Origin: Terriglobia bacterium
GTDB lineage: Bacteria > Acidobacteriota > Terriglobia > Bryobacterales > Bryobacteraceae
Assembly: GCA_963808335.1 (NCBI GenBank)
Contig: CAWEFR010000005.1
Location: 302,683 to 366,682, forward strand
Direction of reading: 5' to 3'
DNA length: 64,000 nt
A program made the position numbers and the translations under genes. Positions 9,137-19,216 of the stretch are shown here, one piece after another. The notes beneath the pieces were generated by a model. It saw only the letters and a program-made list of their open reading frames with translations. It made no database searches and was not told where the DNA came from. The stretch's first letter is position 1, and each line of letters begins with the position of its first letter.

Positions 9137-10609
9137 TCACCGGAGCCAGCTGCTGTTCCAGGCGCGTGAGCGGAACGAACCCGCCACTGAAGTCGCGGGC
9201 TCCTCCCTTACCGGCGACGGTTCCGCGGGCCGATGATGATGGCGGATCGCCATAACCGTCCAGCGCACGCCCTCGTACGTCCGCCAATACATGTTCGTGC
9301 GGTAAAAATCGCTGCGGACACTCAGGATCTGCCGGCGCGCCAGCCGCTCAAAATAGTTCCCGTGCACCGGCAACGAGGCCGAATTGCCCGATTGCAGCAG
9401 CCGCGGCTTCGCGCAGTCGTTAAGCCGGACGATCGCAATGCGCCCATCCGTGCTCATCGGATCGCCCGTGGCGTTTTTCGCCGATAGCGGCGCGCCCGGC
9501 CGGTCCCACCAATCCACCAGGTCCGTGCACGACGTGAATTGCAGGTCGTAGGCGATCTTGTCCCGCTCCAGATCGACATCTTCTTCGATGCGGTGCGTCC
9601 ACGCGCCGCCGTGGCGCATGTACGCGAAATTGATGTCGCGCGTGGCCGCCCCAGCCCAGATCTCCTGACCGTCCCACGTCTCCGCCTGTTTCCACACCCG
9701 TACGTGATGGCGCTTGGAAACGTCGTTCAACCCCTTCTGCCAGGACATATCGGGTTCGGTTTCGTTCAGCAGCAGCATCGACATGGGAGCGGCGCGATAT
9801 CCCGCGCCCTCGACGTACGCCCGCACATTCTGAATGCGGGAGCGCATGGTGGGGGCGCTTGCCTGCGTCCATCCCGCCGCTTCGAACGCGCCGGCAATCT
9901 GATTCCGCGATCCCACGAACATCACGTTGACCAGATCCGACGGCACGCTGGCCTTCGACGTAGCGCGATAGGGCATTTGCGAAACCAGCAGCCGCACCTG
10001 CTCGCGTTCCCGCCGCGTGAGTTTGTTGTCGGGGTCCTGCCGCGCCGGCGCCAGCATCGGCTCCGTCAGAGACAGCGTCATTTCCACACCGGGCGCGTAA
10101 TAAATCTCCGGCTCCGGGACCCGGACCAGCAGGCTTTTCACCGCCCACAATGCCAGCCGCGCGTGAATCTCCCAGCACAGCGCCGTGCGGATGTAGCCGC
10201 TGAAGCGATACGCCACGCTCGACGTCGTGCGCACTCCCAGAATGCTTCCGTCCGGGATCACGCGCTCGCGTCCGTTGTCCACTTCGAGCACCCGGCTCGC
10301 CACCGGCACGCGCTCTCCATCCGGCAGCCGGATCTGGTCGAACTCCAGTTCGAGCGCTGCCGTCTCGTGGACCAACCCCAAGCCCACGCGCGTCACGCGC
10401 TTCACCGTCCCTTCGAGCGAGCTGCCCGCGGGCAACAGCGTCTCACCCGTCTCGGCGGCCACCGGTGCGATCAGCACGGCGCTGACCGGTTCTCCCACCG
10501 CGCTGGCATAAGTTCCAACCGGTGCGGTCAGGCGAATGTGCAGCTGCGTTCCTGCCGGCGCATGACCCATGGCCAGCAAGCTCAGGGACAGCAAAGTGTA
10601 CGTGAGCAT
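9137..10609 (-). CDS. LssY C-terminal-domain protein, secreted
   Basis: Signal peptide. C-terminal VNVMFVGSRNQIAGAFEAAGWTQA...HHVRVWK...WAGAATRDINF matches the LssY_C pattern. Confidence 0.6.
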   Translation of the reverse strand: MLTYTLLSLSLLAMGHAPAGTQLHIRLTAPVGTYASAVGEPVSAVLIAPVAAETGETLLPAGSSLEGTVKRVTRVGLGLVHETAALELEFDQIRLPDGERVPVASRVLEVDNGRERVIPDGSILGVRTTSSVAYRFSGYIRTALCWEIHARLALWAVKSLLVRVPEPEIYYAPGVEMTLSLTEPMLAPARQDPDNKLTRREREQVRLLVSQMPYRATSKASVPSDLVNVMFVGSRNQIAGAFEAAGWTQASAPTMRSRIQNVRAYVEGAGYRAAPMSMLLLNETEPDMSWQKGLNDVSKRHHVRVWKQAETWDGQEIWAGAATRDINFAYMRHGGAWTHRIEEDVDLERDKIAYDLQFTSCTDLVDWWDRPGAPLSAKNATGDPMSTDGRIAIVRLNDCAKPRLLQSGNSASLPVHGNYFERLARRQILSVRSDFYRTNMYWRTYEGVRWTVMAIRHHHRPAEPSPVREEPATSVAGSFRSRAWNSSWLR

Positions 10610-10663
10610 CGATCTATCATAGACTATCGGCGGCTCTGCTAAAATGTGTAAATCTTAATCCGC

Positions 10664-10900
10664 ATGACTACTCAAGAACGCATCCTCGCCGTCATCCAGA
10701 AGGTCGCGCAGAAACCCATTCCTGCCGACCCCGAAGCATCTTTGTTCGAATCGGGCGTGCTGGATTCGTTCGCTCTGCCCGACATGGTCTCCGCCCTCGA
10801 GCAGGAATTCAAAATGAAGGTGCCCGATGCGGAGCTGAATCCGCGTAAATTCGATTCGGTCGCGCGCATCGAAAACTACATCGAAGTCCACGCTGCCTGA
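10664..10900 (+). CDS. Acyl/peptidyl carrier protein
   Basis: 78 aa with a phosphopantetheine attachment motif GVLDSFAL. Confidence 0.8.
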   Translation: MTTQERILAVIQKVAQKPIPADPEASLFESGVLDSFALPDMVSALEQEFKMKVPDAELNPRKFDSVARIENYIEVHAA

Positions 10901-10906
10901 GCGGCC

Positions 10907-11840
10907 ATGGCTTTTCTCAAGGCCTTCGGCCGCTACGTTCCCTCGAACATTGTCGGCAACGCTGAACTCGCCGCTCGCCTGGGGTGCGAGGCGGATTGGA
11001 TTCTCACTATGTCGGGAATCGTCGAGCGCCGCTACGCTGAACCTTCCGAATCCGTGATCGATCTGGCCGAGCGAGCCGCTCTCGATTGTCTGAAGTGCGC
11101 CGCCATGGACGTTCTCAAAACTCGGCATGGTGATCGTATCCAGCGGATCCAGCCCGCGCCGCTTCCCCGGACCCGCAGCCGAAACCGCCGCCCGTTTGGG
11201 CGCTGCCGGAATTCCCGCCATCGACGTCCCCATGGCCAGCGCGGGATCTTTATTCGGCCTGGCGTTGGCCGGGCATCTCGCTGGCGTTTACGGCCCCGTA
11301 CTGTTGATCGCCGCCGAAAAAATGTCGGCCGTGGTCGAGCATCCGCCGCTCGATCGCAACACCGCCATCCTGTTCGGCGACGGAGCGGGCGCATGTCTCA
11401 TCGACCCCAACGAAGGCCCGGCGAAAATCGTCGATTCGCGCCTCCACTCCGATGGCTCCTTCGCCGAAAACTTGAAGCTGGAGTTCGACCAGCCGATTCA
11501 CATGGACGGCCGCACGGTGATTCTGCAAGCGTCGCGAAAAGTTCCCACCGTGATTCGCGAGCTGCTCGACCAGCGCGCTCTGCCGGCCTCCGCGATCGAT
11601 ACGTTCCTGATGCATCAGGCCAATCAAAATCTGATTGTGCGCATTGCGCAGGCGCTGGAAGTCGCCCCCAAAAAGTTTTTCTCGAACATCGCCCGCTACG
11701 GCAACACTTCGTCGGCGTCCATGCTGATCGCCGCAACCGAATGGAGCGCGCAGTCCGGATTCAAGCGCGATACACCGGTCGTCTTCGCCGGATTCGGCGC
11801 GGGATTCCACTGGGGAGCCTTACTTGTTGTAGGCTCGTAA
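10907..11840 (+). pseudogene. 3-oxoacyl-ACP synthase III (FabH-like), one frame break as assembled (~11110)
   Basis: N-terminus FGRYVPSNIVGNAELAARLG..DWI...GI.ERRYA, then MASAGSLFGL (active-site region), FLMHQANQNLI and YGNTSSASM in the +1 frame. Confidence 0.8.
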
Positions 11841-11841
11841 A

Positions 11842-12570
11842 TTGCCGTCGATTTCCATCGTCATTCCCGCGTATAACGAAGAAAAGCGCCTCCCGTCGAC
11901 ACTGGAAGCCGTTTTGGCGTATCTTGGCTCTAAAAACTTTCCCTTCGTTGAGGTCATCGTAGTGGACGATGGATCGACCGACGGCACCGCCGCGCTGGTC
12001 GAAACCTGGCAGCGCAGCCACCCCGCGATCCGCCTTCTGAAGAATCCCGGCAATCGCGGTAAGGGCTACACCGTTCGCCACGGGATCCTGGACGCCAGAG
12101 GCGAATGGATTCTCTACACCGACGCCGACCTCTCGGCTCCCATCGGCGAGCTGGACAAACTGATCGCCGCCGTGGAAGGGGAAGGCGCGCAAGTCGCCAT
12201 TGGATCGCGCGCCATCGACCGGTCGCTGGTCGGCGTGCATCAATCCGCGTTTCGCGAATTATCGGGCCGCGCTTTTAATCTGTTCATGCGCTGCGTTACC
12301 GGTCTTCCGTTTCGCGACACGCAATGCGGATTCAAATTGTTTCACTCCGCCGCCGCGCGCGAGATTTTTCGCCGCCAGCAACTCGACGGATTCAGCTTCG
12401 ACGTGGAAGATCTGGTGATAGCCAAGGTTCTCGGGATTAAGGCGATTGAAGTTCCGGTGGTGTGGAATAACGTGGAGGGAACTAAAGTAAGCGCGCTCTC
12501 CGGCGCCGCATCGTTCGGCGCGCTGATCGGAATCCGCTGGCGCGCGCTGATGGGTGAATATTCGAAGTAG
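11842..12570 (+). CDS. Family 2 glycosyltransferase (polyprenyl-phosphate glycosyltransferase type)
   Basis: ISIVIPAYNEE...VIVVDDGSTDGT...YTDADLSAPI...RDTQCGFKLF. Confidence 0.85.
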   Translation: MPSISIVIPAYNEEKRLPSTLEAVLAYLGSKNFPFVEVIVVDDGSTDGTAALVETWQRSHPAIRLLKNPGNRGKGYTVRHGILDARGEWILYTDADLSAPIGELDKLIAAVEGEGAQVAIGSRAIDRSLVGVHQSAFRELSGRAFNLFMRCVTGLPFRDTQCGFKLFHSAAAREIFRRQQLDGFSFDVEDLVIAKVLGIKAIEVPVVWNNVEGTKVSALSGAASFGALIGIRWRALMGEYSK

Positions 12571-12941
12571 CCGGTCACAGCAAAATTCATCAATAGAATC
12601 AGCCGTTTCCCGAAATTCGCTTCGCGCCGTCTGCTATCTTCGAATCAGAAAACTTCCTGGCCAGGAAGCGTCGTCGTGTTGAAGTGGTACTGAACTCCTG
12701 GAAGCCGTTAACGCCTTACGGTGTCAGCTCGTAGCATGGCATCGACTGGAGATTGTTTCGAATCGATTCGATAATCTTCCCGTACGGGGAAATCAGAGAG
12801 GAAGCATCGAAAGCCGAGTAAACCGAGGGACGCCAACAAGCGAGTACCCCAGATCATCGTAAGCTAGACCGCTCCTCAAATCATCGACGGCCGGACCACG
12901 CCTGGCGATAAGTCCAGAAGCCCCGGCCGTCATCGACGTTT

Positions 12942-13790
12942 CTACCGCAACCAATCCTCGAGCTGTATTTTTGCGTCCGTTTTGCTATCCCGATATTTCA
13001 CGATCACCGGCGTGTACAGCGAAATTCCCCACTCTTTGCCCTTGCCCTCGCGAATCGCGCGCGAACCGGCCACCACCACCGCTCCTTCGGGAATCACCAG
13101 CGGGTCGATCGTCGGTCGCCGAATAGCACTTCGCCGCGAACCACGTCGTAGACCGGCGTCGAGCGCGTCAGAATCACGCCGCTGCCCAGCACCGCGCGGC
13201 GCTTCACCACCGTGCCTTCGTAGACGCCGCAGTTGCCGCCGACCAGCACATCGTCTTCGATGATCACCGGCAGCGCGCCCACCGGTTCCAGCACGCCGCC
13301 GATCTGCGCCGCCGCGGAAATGTGGCAGTTCTTGCCGATCTGCGCGCAGCTTCCCACCAGCGCGTGCGAATCGACCATGGTTCCGTCGCCCACCCACGCG
13401 CCGGCGTTGATGTACATCGGAGGCATGCAGGTGACGCCTCGTGCCGATGTAAGCAGCCGTCGCGAATGCTGGAGCCGCCCGGCACGATGCGCACGCCGCT
13501 CGATCCGCGTGAATCGCTTCACCGGGCCACGTGGCTTTGTCGAAGAACGGCTGCCGCGCGCGGTCGATCGACATGTCGACGATCGCGCCCATGCGAAACC
13601 CCAGCAGGATGCCCTTCTTGACCCACGGCGTTCACGCGCCAGCCGGTTTTCGCGGACGCGTCCGGCTCGGCCGCGCGCACCGCGCCTGCAGTTCAGCGCG
13701 TGCTTTGAAACGCTGAAACAGCGCGAAATGTTCTTCGCGTATAAGCGGCGGGCTTGTGGTCGAACAGCTGTTCGATCTCAGTCTGCATGC
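12942..13790 (-). pseudogene. dapD: Tetrahydrodipicolinate N-succinyltransferase DapD, at least 3 frame breaks as assembled
   Basis: Hexapeptide-repeat core [66 protein letters not shown] and C-terminus [15 protein letters not shown] are spread over three frames. Confidence 0.75.
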
Positions 13791-14690
13791 GTAGCTCCGC
13801 GAGCGCGCCGCGAGCAGTCCGACCGGCTTTGAGCACCGCTTCGATCTTGGCGCTGATTCTGCGGCGACGGCGGCACCATCGGCAGGCGGAAGACCGGTTC
13901 GCAGCAGGCCCATCATGCGCCATCGCGGCCTTCACCGGAATCGGATTCGACTCGACGAAATTCACTTCCATCAGCGGCGAACCACGTGCGCTGCATCGCG
14001 CGCGCCGCCGCGAAATCGCCGGCCAGCGCGAGCTGCGTCAGCTTGGTCATCTCGCCCGGAATTTCGTTCGAGACCACCGAGATCACTCCGCGCCCGCCCA
14101 GCGCGATCAGCGGAATGGTGATCGCATCGTCGCCGCTCAGCACGTTGAAGCGCTCCGGAAGCTCGTGCACACCGCGCGCCATCTGGCCGATGTTGCCCGA
14201 GGCTTCCTTCACGCCGACGATATTGTCGATCTCCGCCAGGCGCTTCAGAGTCGCCGGCTCGACGTTGACGCCGGTGCGTCCCTGCACGTTATAGACGACG
14301 ATCGGCAGCGGCACCGCTTCGGCGATCGCTTTGTAGTGCTGATACAGCCCTTCCTGCGTGGGCTTGTTGTAGTACGGCGTGACCGAAAGGATGCCGTCGA
14401 CGCCCATGTGTCGCAGTTCCTTGGCGAGCTCGATCACTTCCGCCGTGTTGTAGCCGCCCGCGCCCGCCCAGCACCGGAACTTTGCCCTTGGCTTCTTCGA
14501 CCGTGATCTCGACCACGCGCAGATGCTCCGCGCGCGTCAGGGTCGGGCTCTCGCCGGTGGTGCCGCAGGGAACCAGGAAATTGATGCCCGCCTCGATCTG
14601 CCGCCGGACCAGCTTGCGCATCGCCGCTTCATCGAGCGACTGATCCTTGCGGAACGGAGTCACCAGCGCGGTGCCGCATCCTGTAAACAT
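13780..14690 (-). pseudogene. dapA: 4-hydroxy-tetrahydrodipicolinate synthase DapA, frame breaks as assembled; 3' end approximate
   Basis: MFTGCGTALVTPF...LVPCGTTGESPTL...VLSVTPYYNKPTQEGLYQHYKAIAEAV.LPIVVYNV.GRTG...ESNPIPVKAAMA. Confidence 0.8.
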
Positions 14691-14691
14691 A

Positions 14692-15380
14692 TCAGTCACC
14701 TCCTTCGTGAACAAAACGTCCTGAAACTCGAACACGCCCTTGCTTGCCCGACGATCCATTGCGCCGCTTTCAGCGCGCCGCGCGCGAACCCTTCGCGGCT
14801 GCGCGCCGTGTGACGCAGCGTGATGGTGTCCGCCGCCGAATCGAAGCCGATCTCATGCGTTCCGGGATGCGCGCCCGCGCGATTCGAGCTGGCATCGATG
14901 TTGCGCGCGTATCCGGCCGGCCTTCATCTCTTCCACCAGCTTCGAGCAGCGTTCCCGACGGCGCGTCTTTCTTGGTGTGGTGATGAATCTCCCAGGCCCA
15001 CGCGCCGTATTGCGGCTCATTCGCCAGCAGCCGCGCGGCTTCGCGCACCACGCGCAGAGAACACGTTCACGCCGATGGAAAAATTGGGGCTCCACACCAG
15101 CGCCGCCCCGTTCTTCTCGACGGCGGCCCGCACGCGATCCATGTGCTGCGAGCCAGCCGGTGGTGCCCACCACCACCGGAATGCCCATCGCCGCCAGCGT
15201 TTCGATATTTCCGAGCACCGCGTGCGGGCACGCGTGAACTCGATCGCCACGTCGGCGCCCGCGGCTTGCTTCGAAATCGTCATCCACGTCGATGCGGGCA
15301 TGAATCGTGAACCCGTACTCCGGCGCGAGCTGCTCGATCAGCCGTCCCATCTTCCCGTAACCGATAATCGCGAGTTTCAT
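14692..15380 (-). pseudogene. dapB: 4-hydroxy-tetrahydrodipicolinate reductase DapB, frame breaks as assembled; 3' end approximate
   Basis: MKLAIIGYGKMGRLIEQL..., FSIGVNVF, EIHHHTKKDAPSGTLL and REGFARGAL-type C-terminus lie in different frames. Confidence 0.75.
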
Positions 15381-16737
15381 TCATTCGAATGCCGCCGGGT
15401 CCGGGTTGCGAAAAACTCCCGGTGGAGCGATTCTACCGCGCGCTGCAGGTCCGCCGGCGGCCACCACCAGGCTGATATTCAGCTGCGACGCGCCTTGCGA
15501 AACCATGCGCACGTTGATGTCCCTTCAACGCGCAGAAAGCGCGCGCCGCGACGCCCGGCGTCTGGCGGATGATTTTCGCCCACCAGGCACACGATGGCCT
15601 GATTTTCTTCCACCGAGACTTCGGCGAACGTCTTCGATCTCCGCGCGAATCGCCTCCAGCGAGCGAGTGTTGTCGATGGTCAGCGATACGCTGACTTCGG
15701 ACGTCGCCAGCATGTCCACGGGCGTTTCGATAGCGGTCGAAAACCTCGAAAATGCGCCGCAGAAATCCATGCGCCATCAGCATGCGCGTCGAGACGATGT
15801 TCACCAGCGTGATATTGCGCTTGCAGGCGATGGAGCGGATCGGCGTTCGTCGACGGCGGGGCTTCCGAGGTGATCAGCGTTCCTTCCACTTCCGGCCGGC
15901 GCGAATTGAGAATCCGCACGGGAATATTTTTCTCGATGGCCGGCAGCACCGTCGCCGGATGCAGCACCTTCGCGCCGAAATACGCCAGTTCGGCGGCTTC
16001 GGCGAAGGAGCACGCTTTCACGCGATAGCCGCCCGGCAGAATGGTCGGATCGGCACGTCAGCATGCCGTCGACGTCGGTCCAGATCTGGATTTCCTCCGC
16101 GCCGATGCCCGCGCCGACGATCGACGCCGTGTAATCCGACCCGCCGCGGCCCAGCGTGGTGGTCACGCCGTCTTCCGTCGATCCGATGAAGCCGCCCATC
16201 ACGACCACGTGCTTCGCGCGAGCGCGGAACGCCGTCGCCAAGCGCGCGTTGGTTTCCGCGAAACAGCGGCGCGGCCTGGGTATGGCGCGCGGTCGGTGAC
16301 GATCACGTTGCGCGAATCCAGATGCGCTGCGTTGATGCCGCAGCGCTGCGAAAATGCGCGGTGACGATGATGCTCGAAATGCGTTCTCCGTACGCGGAGA
16401 TCGCGTCGGTCGCGCGCGGCGTCAGCTCGCCCATCACGGCAAGCCCGCGCACCAACTCGGCCAGCTCCTCGAAATGCGCCTCGACTGCCGCATCGATGCC
16501 CAAGCCGCCGATTCGCGCAGATGAAACTCGCGCAGTTCTTCGAGCTCGTCGAGCGCCGTTCGCACGGTCGCCCGCGACCGCTGCCGCGGCGATGGCCAGC
16601 AGCTTGTTGGTGGTCTTGCCCATCGCGGACACCACGACCACCGGCCGCTGATGCAACCGCGCACGCACAATTCCGGCGACGCGCTCGATCGCTTCGGCCG
16701 ATTCGACGGAGGTCCCGCCGAACTTCATCACAATCAT
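15377..16737 (-). pseudogene. lysC: Aspartate kinase LysC, at least 3 frame breaks as assembled
   Basis: [83 protein letters not shown] and ACT-domain segments are split over four ORFs. Confidence 0.8.
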
Positions 16738-16849
16738 TGTTATTCCTCGGACCACCCGTGCATTGACTGCTCCCTGTGGTCGCGGCTCGGGGCGCAGATC
16801 GGGGCGTACATGAGCCGTGACCGAAGGGAGCGGTTACTGTTTCCAGCTT

Positions 16850-17898
16850 TCACGACAGCCATCCCTCGGACTTCATCAACTCCGCATTCAGCACCGCCGC
16901 ACCCGCCGCGCCGCGCACCGTGTTATGGCCCAGCGCGATGAACTTGTAATCCAGCACCGGACATTTCCGCAAACGGCCGACGAACACCGCCATTCCGTTC
17001 TCCCGCTCCACATCGCGGCGAGGCTGCGGGCGATCCTTCTCCTCCATGTAAATCACCGGACACGGCGGCGCGCTCGGCAGGCCCTTCTGCTGCGGGATCC
17101 CGCGCCAGCCCGCGCATCGCGCCGATGATCTCCGCCTCCGACGGCTTCTTTTCCAACTCCACCGACACCGCGATCATGTGCCCATCGACCACCGGCACCC
17201 GATTGCACTGTGCGCTGACCTTCGCGGCCAGCGGCTCGACGCGCGCGCCCGAAAAATCGCCCAGGATCTTCTGCGTCTCTGCTCCATCTTCTCTTCTTCG
17301 CCGCCGATGAACGGAACCACGTTGGCGTTGATGTCCATGGACGCGACTCCCGGATAGCCCGCACCCGAAATCGCCTGCATCGTGGTCACCATCACCTTTC
17401 GAATGCCGAACTGCTTCAGCGGAGCCAGCGCCATCACCAGCACGATGGTGGAGCAGTTCGGATTGGTCACGATCTGCCCTTCCATCCGCGTTTCTTTTCC
17501 TGAAGCGGCAGCAGCCGCAGATGATCGGCATTGATCTCCGGCACCAGCAACGGAACGTCCTCATCCATGCGATGATTGCGCGAATTCGAAACGATCACGT
17601 GTCCCGCGCCCGCGAACGCCTGCTCGATTTCGGTGGCGACGGACGCGTCCATCGCGGAAAATACCAGCTTCGGCGCATCGCCCGGCTTCGAATCCGAGAC
17701 CACGATGTCGCGCACATACGCCGGCATCACGCCGCCCAGCCGCCAGGACGTCGCCTCGCGATATGGCTTGCCCGCCGAACGGTCGCTCGCGCCCAGCCAC
17801 GTCAGATCGAACCACGGATGGCCTTGCAGAAAACTGACAAATTCCTGCCCCACCATTCCGGTCGCGCCTAAAATCCCAACTGTGATTCGCTCGCTCAT
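16850..17898 (-). pseudogene. asd: Aspartate-semialdehyde dehydrogenase Asd, frame breaks as assembled
   Basis: ITVGILGATGMVGQEF, VIVSNSRNHRMDEDVPLLVPEIN, NPNCSTIVLVMALAPL, MQAISGAGYPG and C-terminus [19 protein letters not shown]. Confidence 0.8.
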
Positions 17899-18894
17899 TG
17901 CTTCAACAGCCTCCTGATCATGTTCTTATAGATTTCGATCGCATCCAGCAGCTCTCGCTTCGGCACGCGCTCTTCGGCCGTGTGCGCGACGTGAATGCTC
18001 CCCGGTCCGAGCAGAAACGGCTGGCCCCACGTGCCTTCGAATGCCGGAATATCGGTCGCGTAGGAAACGACAGATGGTTTCAAATCCCGCGAGCGTACCG
18101 AATTGCATCGCCGGCAGGCACAGCACTTCGCTCAGCTCCGCGCGGCCGTCGAGCACGCCGGCCATCATCGAACGAATTGGCGCGCCATCGTCCACCAGCC
18201 GGAAAAAAATTTCGGCTTTGGCATGATCCGGAATCACGTTGGGAGCGCGGCCGCCTTGAATGGTGCCGATGTTCATCGTGCTCGGGCCGAACAAGTCACT
18301 GGACGGCAGTTGCATCTTTCGCACCCGATCGAGCACGTCGAGCAGTTTTTCGATCGCCGATTCGCCCAGATGCGGATACGCCGAATGCGCCATGTTTCCG
18401 TGCGTGACGATCTCGTAGCGCAGCGCGCCTTTCGATCCCAGCGCCAATTTATTTTCAGTCGGCTCGCCATTAATCAAATAGCGGCTGCCGCGCGGATCGC
18501 GAGCGGCCGCCATCGCTCCCGCGCTGTTGCGTTCCTCGCCGACGACGAACAATAAACCGACATTCTCGACGCCTTCCTTCAGCAAAGCCTCGACCGCGAA
18601 AATCATCGACGCGATGATGCCCTTGGTGTCGCAAGCGCCGCGTCCCCAGATGAATTCGCCGTCTTCGCGCGACTCGAAGAACGGAGGCACCGTGTCCATG
18701 TGCGTCGAAAGCGTCACCACCGGGTCGCCCCAGTGCGCGAACACGTTGAAGCGATGCGGCTCCACGGACATTCGCTCCACGCGCGCGCCGGGAATCTTCG
18801 ACAGATAGTCGAACAGCCAGTTCCCGACAGCCTCCTCATTGGGAGTGACGGAGTCGATATCGATCAGCGCTCGAGTCAGCTCGAAAACGTTCAT
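17895..18894 (-). pseudogene. M20-family metallopeptidase (ArgE/DapE-like deacylase), one frame break near the 3' end (~18070)
   Basis: LSTHMDTVPP, WGRGACDTKG, FVVGEERNSAG, GHMAHSAYP. Its stop overlaps the asd start (ATGA). Confidence 0.75.
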
Positions 18895-18915
18895 ATAAAG
18901 GTTAGAAGGTTGCTG

Positions 18916-18962
18916 AAAAAGGGGTCACACCATTACCGGCGGTGTCAGAGCGGTCTGACCCG
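18916..18962 (-). terminator. Intrinsic terminator forming the expression platform of the lysine riboswitch
   Basis: In RNA sense: gggucagaccgcucugacaccgccgguaauggugugaccc followed by cuuuuu, about 20 nt before the operon ATG. Confidence 0.5.
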
Positions 18963-19009
18963 TTTTTCAGCACTCTGCTAAGGGATGGAGAGACGGGAAG
19001 GCGAGCTTC

Positions 19010-19196
19010 CTCGATAGCGCTCCACCCGATTCCTCACGAATCGAATGACAGTGAGCCGGTGTTAGCCTGGCCCACCAACCGACACGCCTGCGAGTCCCGC
19101 GCATCGATTTCGGCGAGGCTGCCCCGTTCCCCAGGCGCTCCGGAACTCGCCGGAACTGCGCGCCGGGCTACTGATGGCCCCCGCTCCTCTACCAAG
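19010..19196 (-). promoter_or_regulatory. Lysine riboswitch (L-box) aptamer
   Basis: In RNA sense: P1 CUUGGUAG.../...CUAUCGAG, then AGAGGAGCG, GGGGCAGCCUCGCCGAAA, GGUGGGCCAGG, CACUGUCA and GGUGGAGCGCUAUC. These parallel the E. coli and B. subtilis lysC leaders (AGAGGCGCG, GGGGGUGCAUCGCCGAGG, CUGGCCAC, UUGUCACC, GGUGGAGCACUUCU). It lies directly upstream of a dap/lys operon. Confidence 0.7.
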
Positions 19197-19216
19197 ACTT
19201 TTTCAGAATACCACGA

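Noticed and set aside
12571-12941. tmRNA, RNase P RNA, 6S or SRP RNA in the ORF-free spacer.
   Set aside because: No GGAAAGTCCGGGC-type RNase P core was seen on either strand. There is no tRNA-like 3' end or tag ORF for tmRNA, and no SRP GGAA tetraloop domain. The region is left as unexplained.
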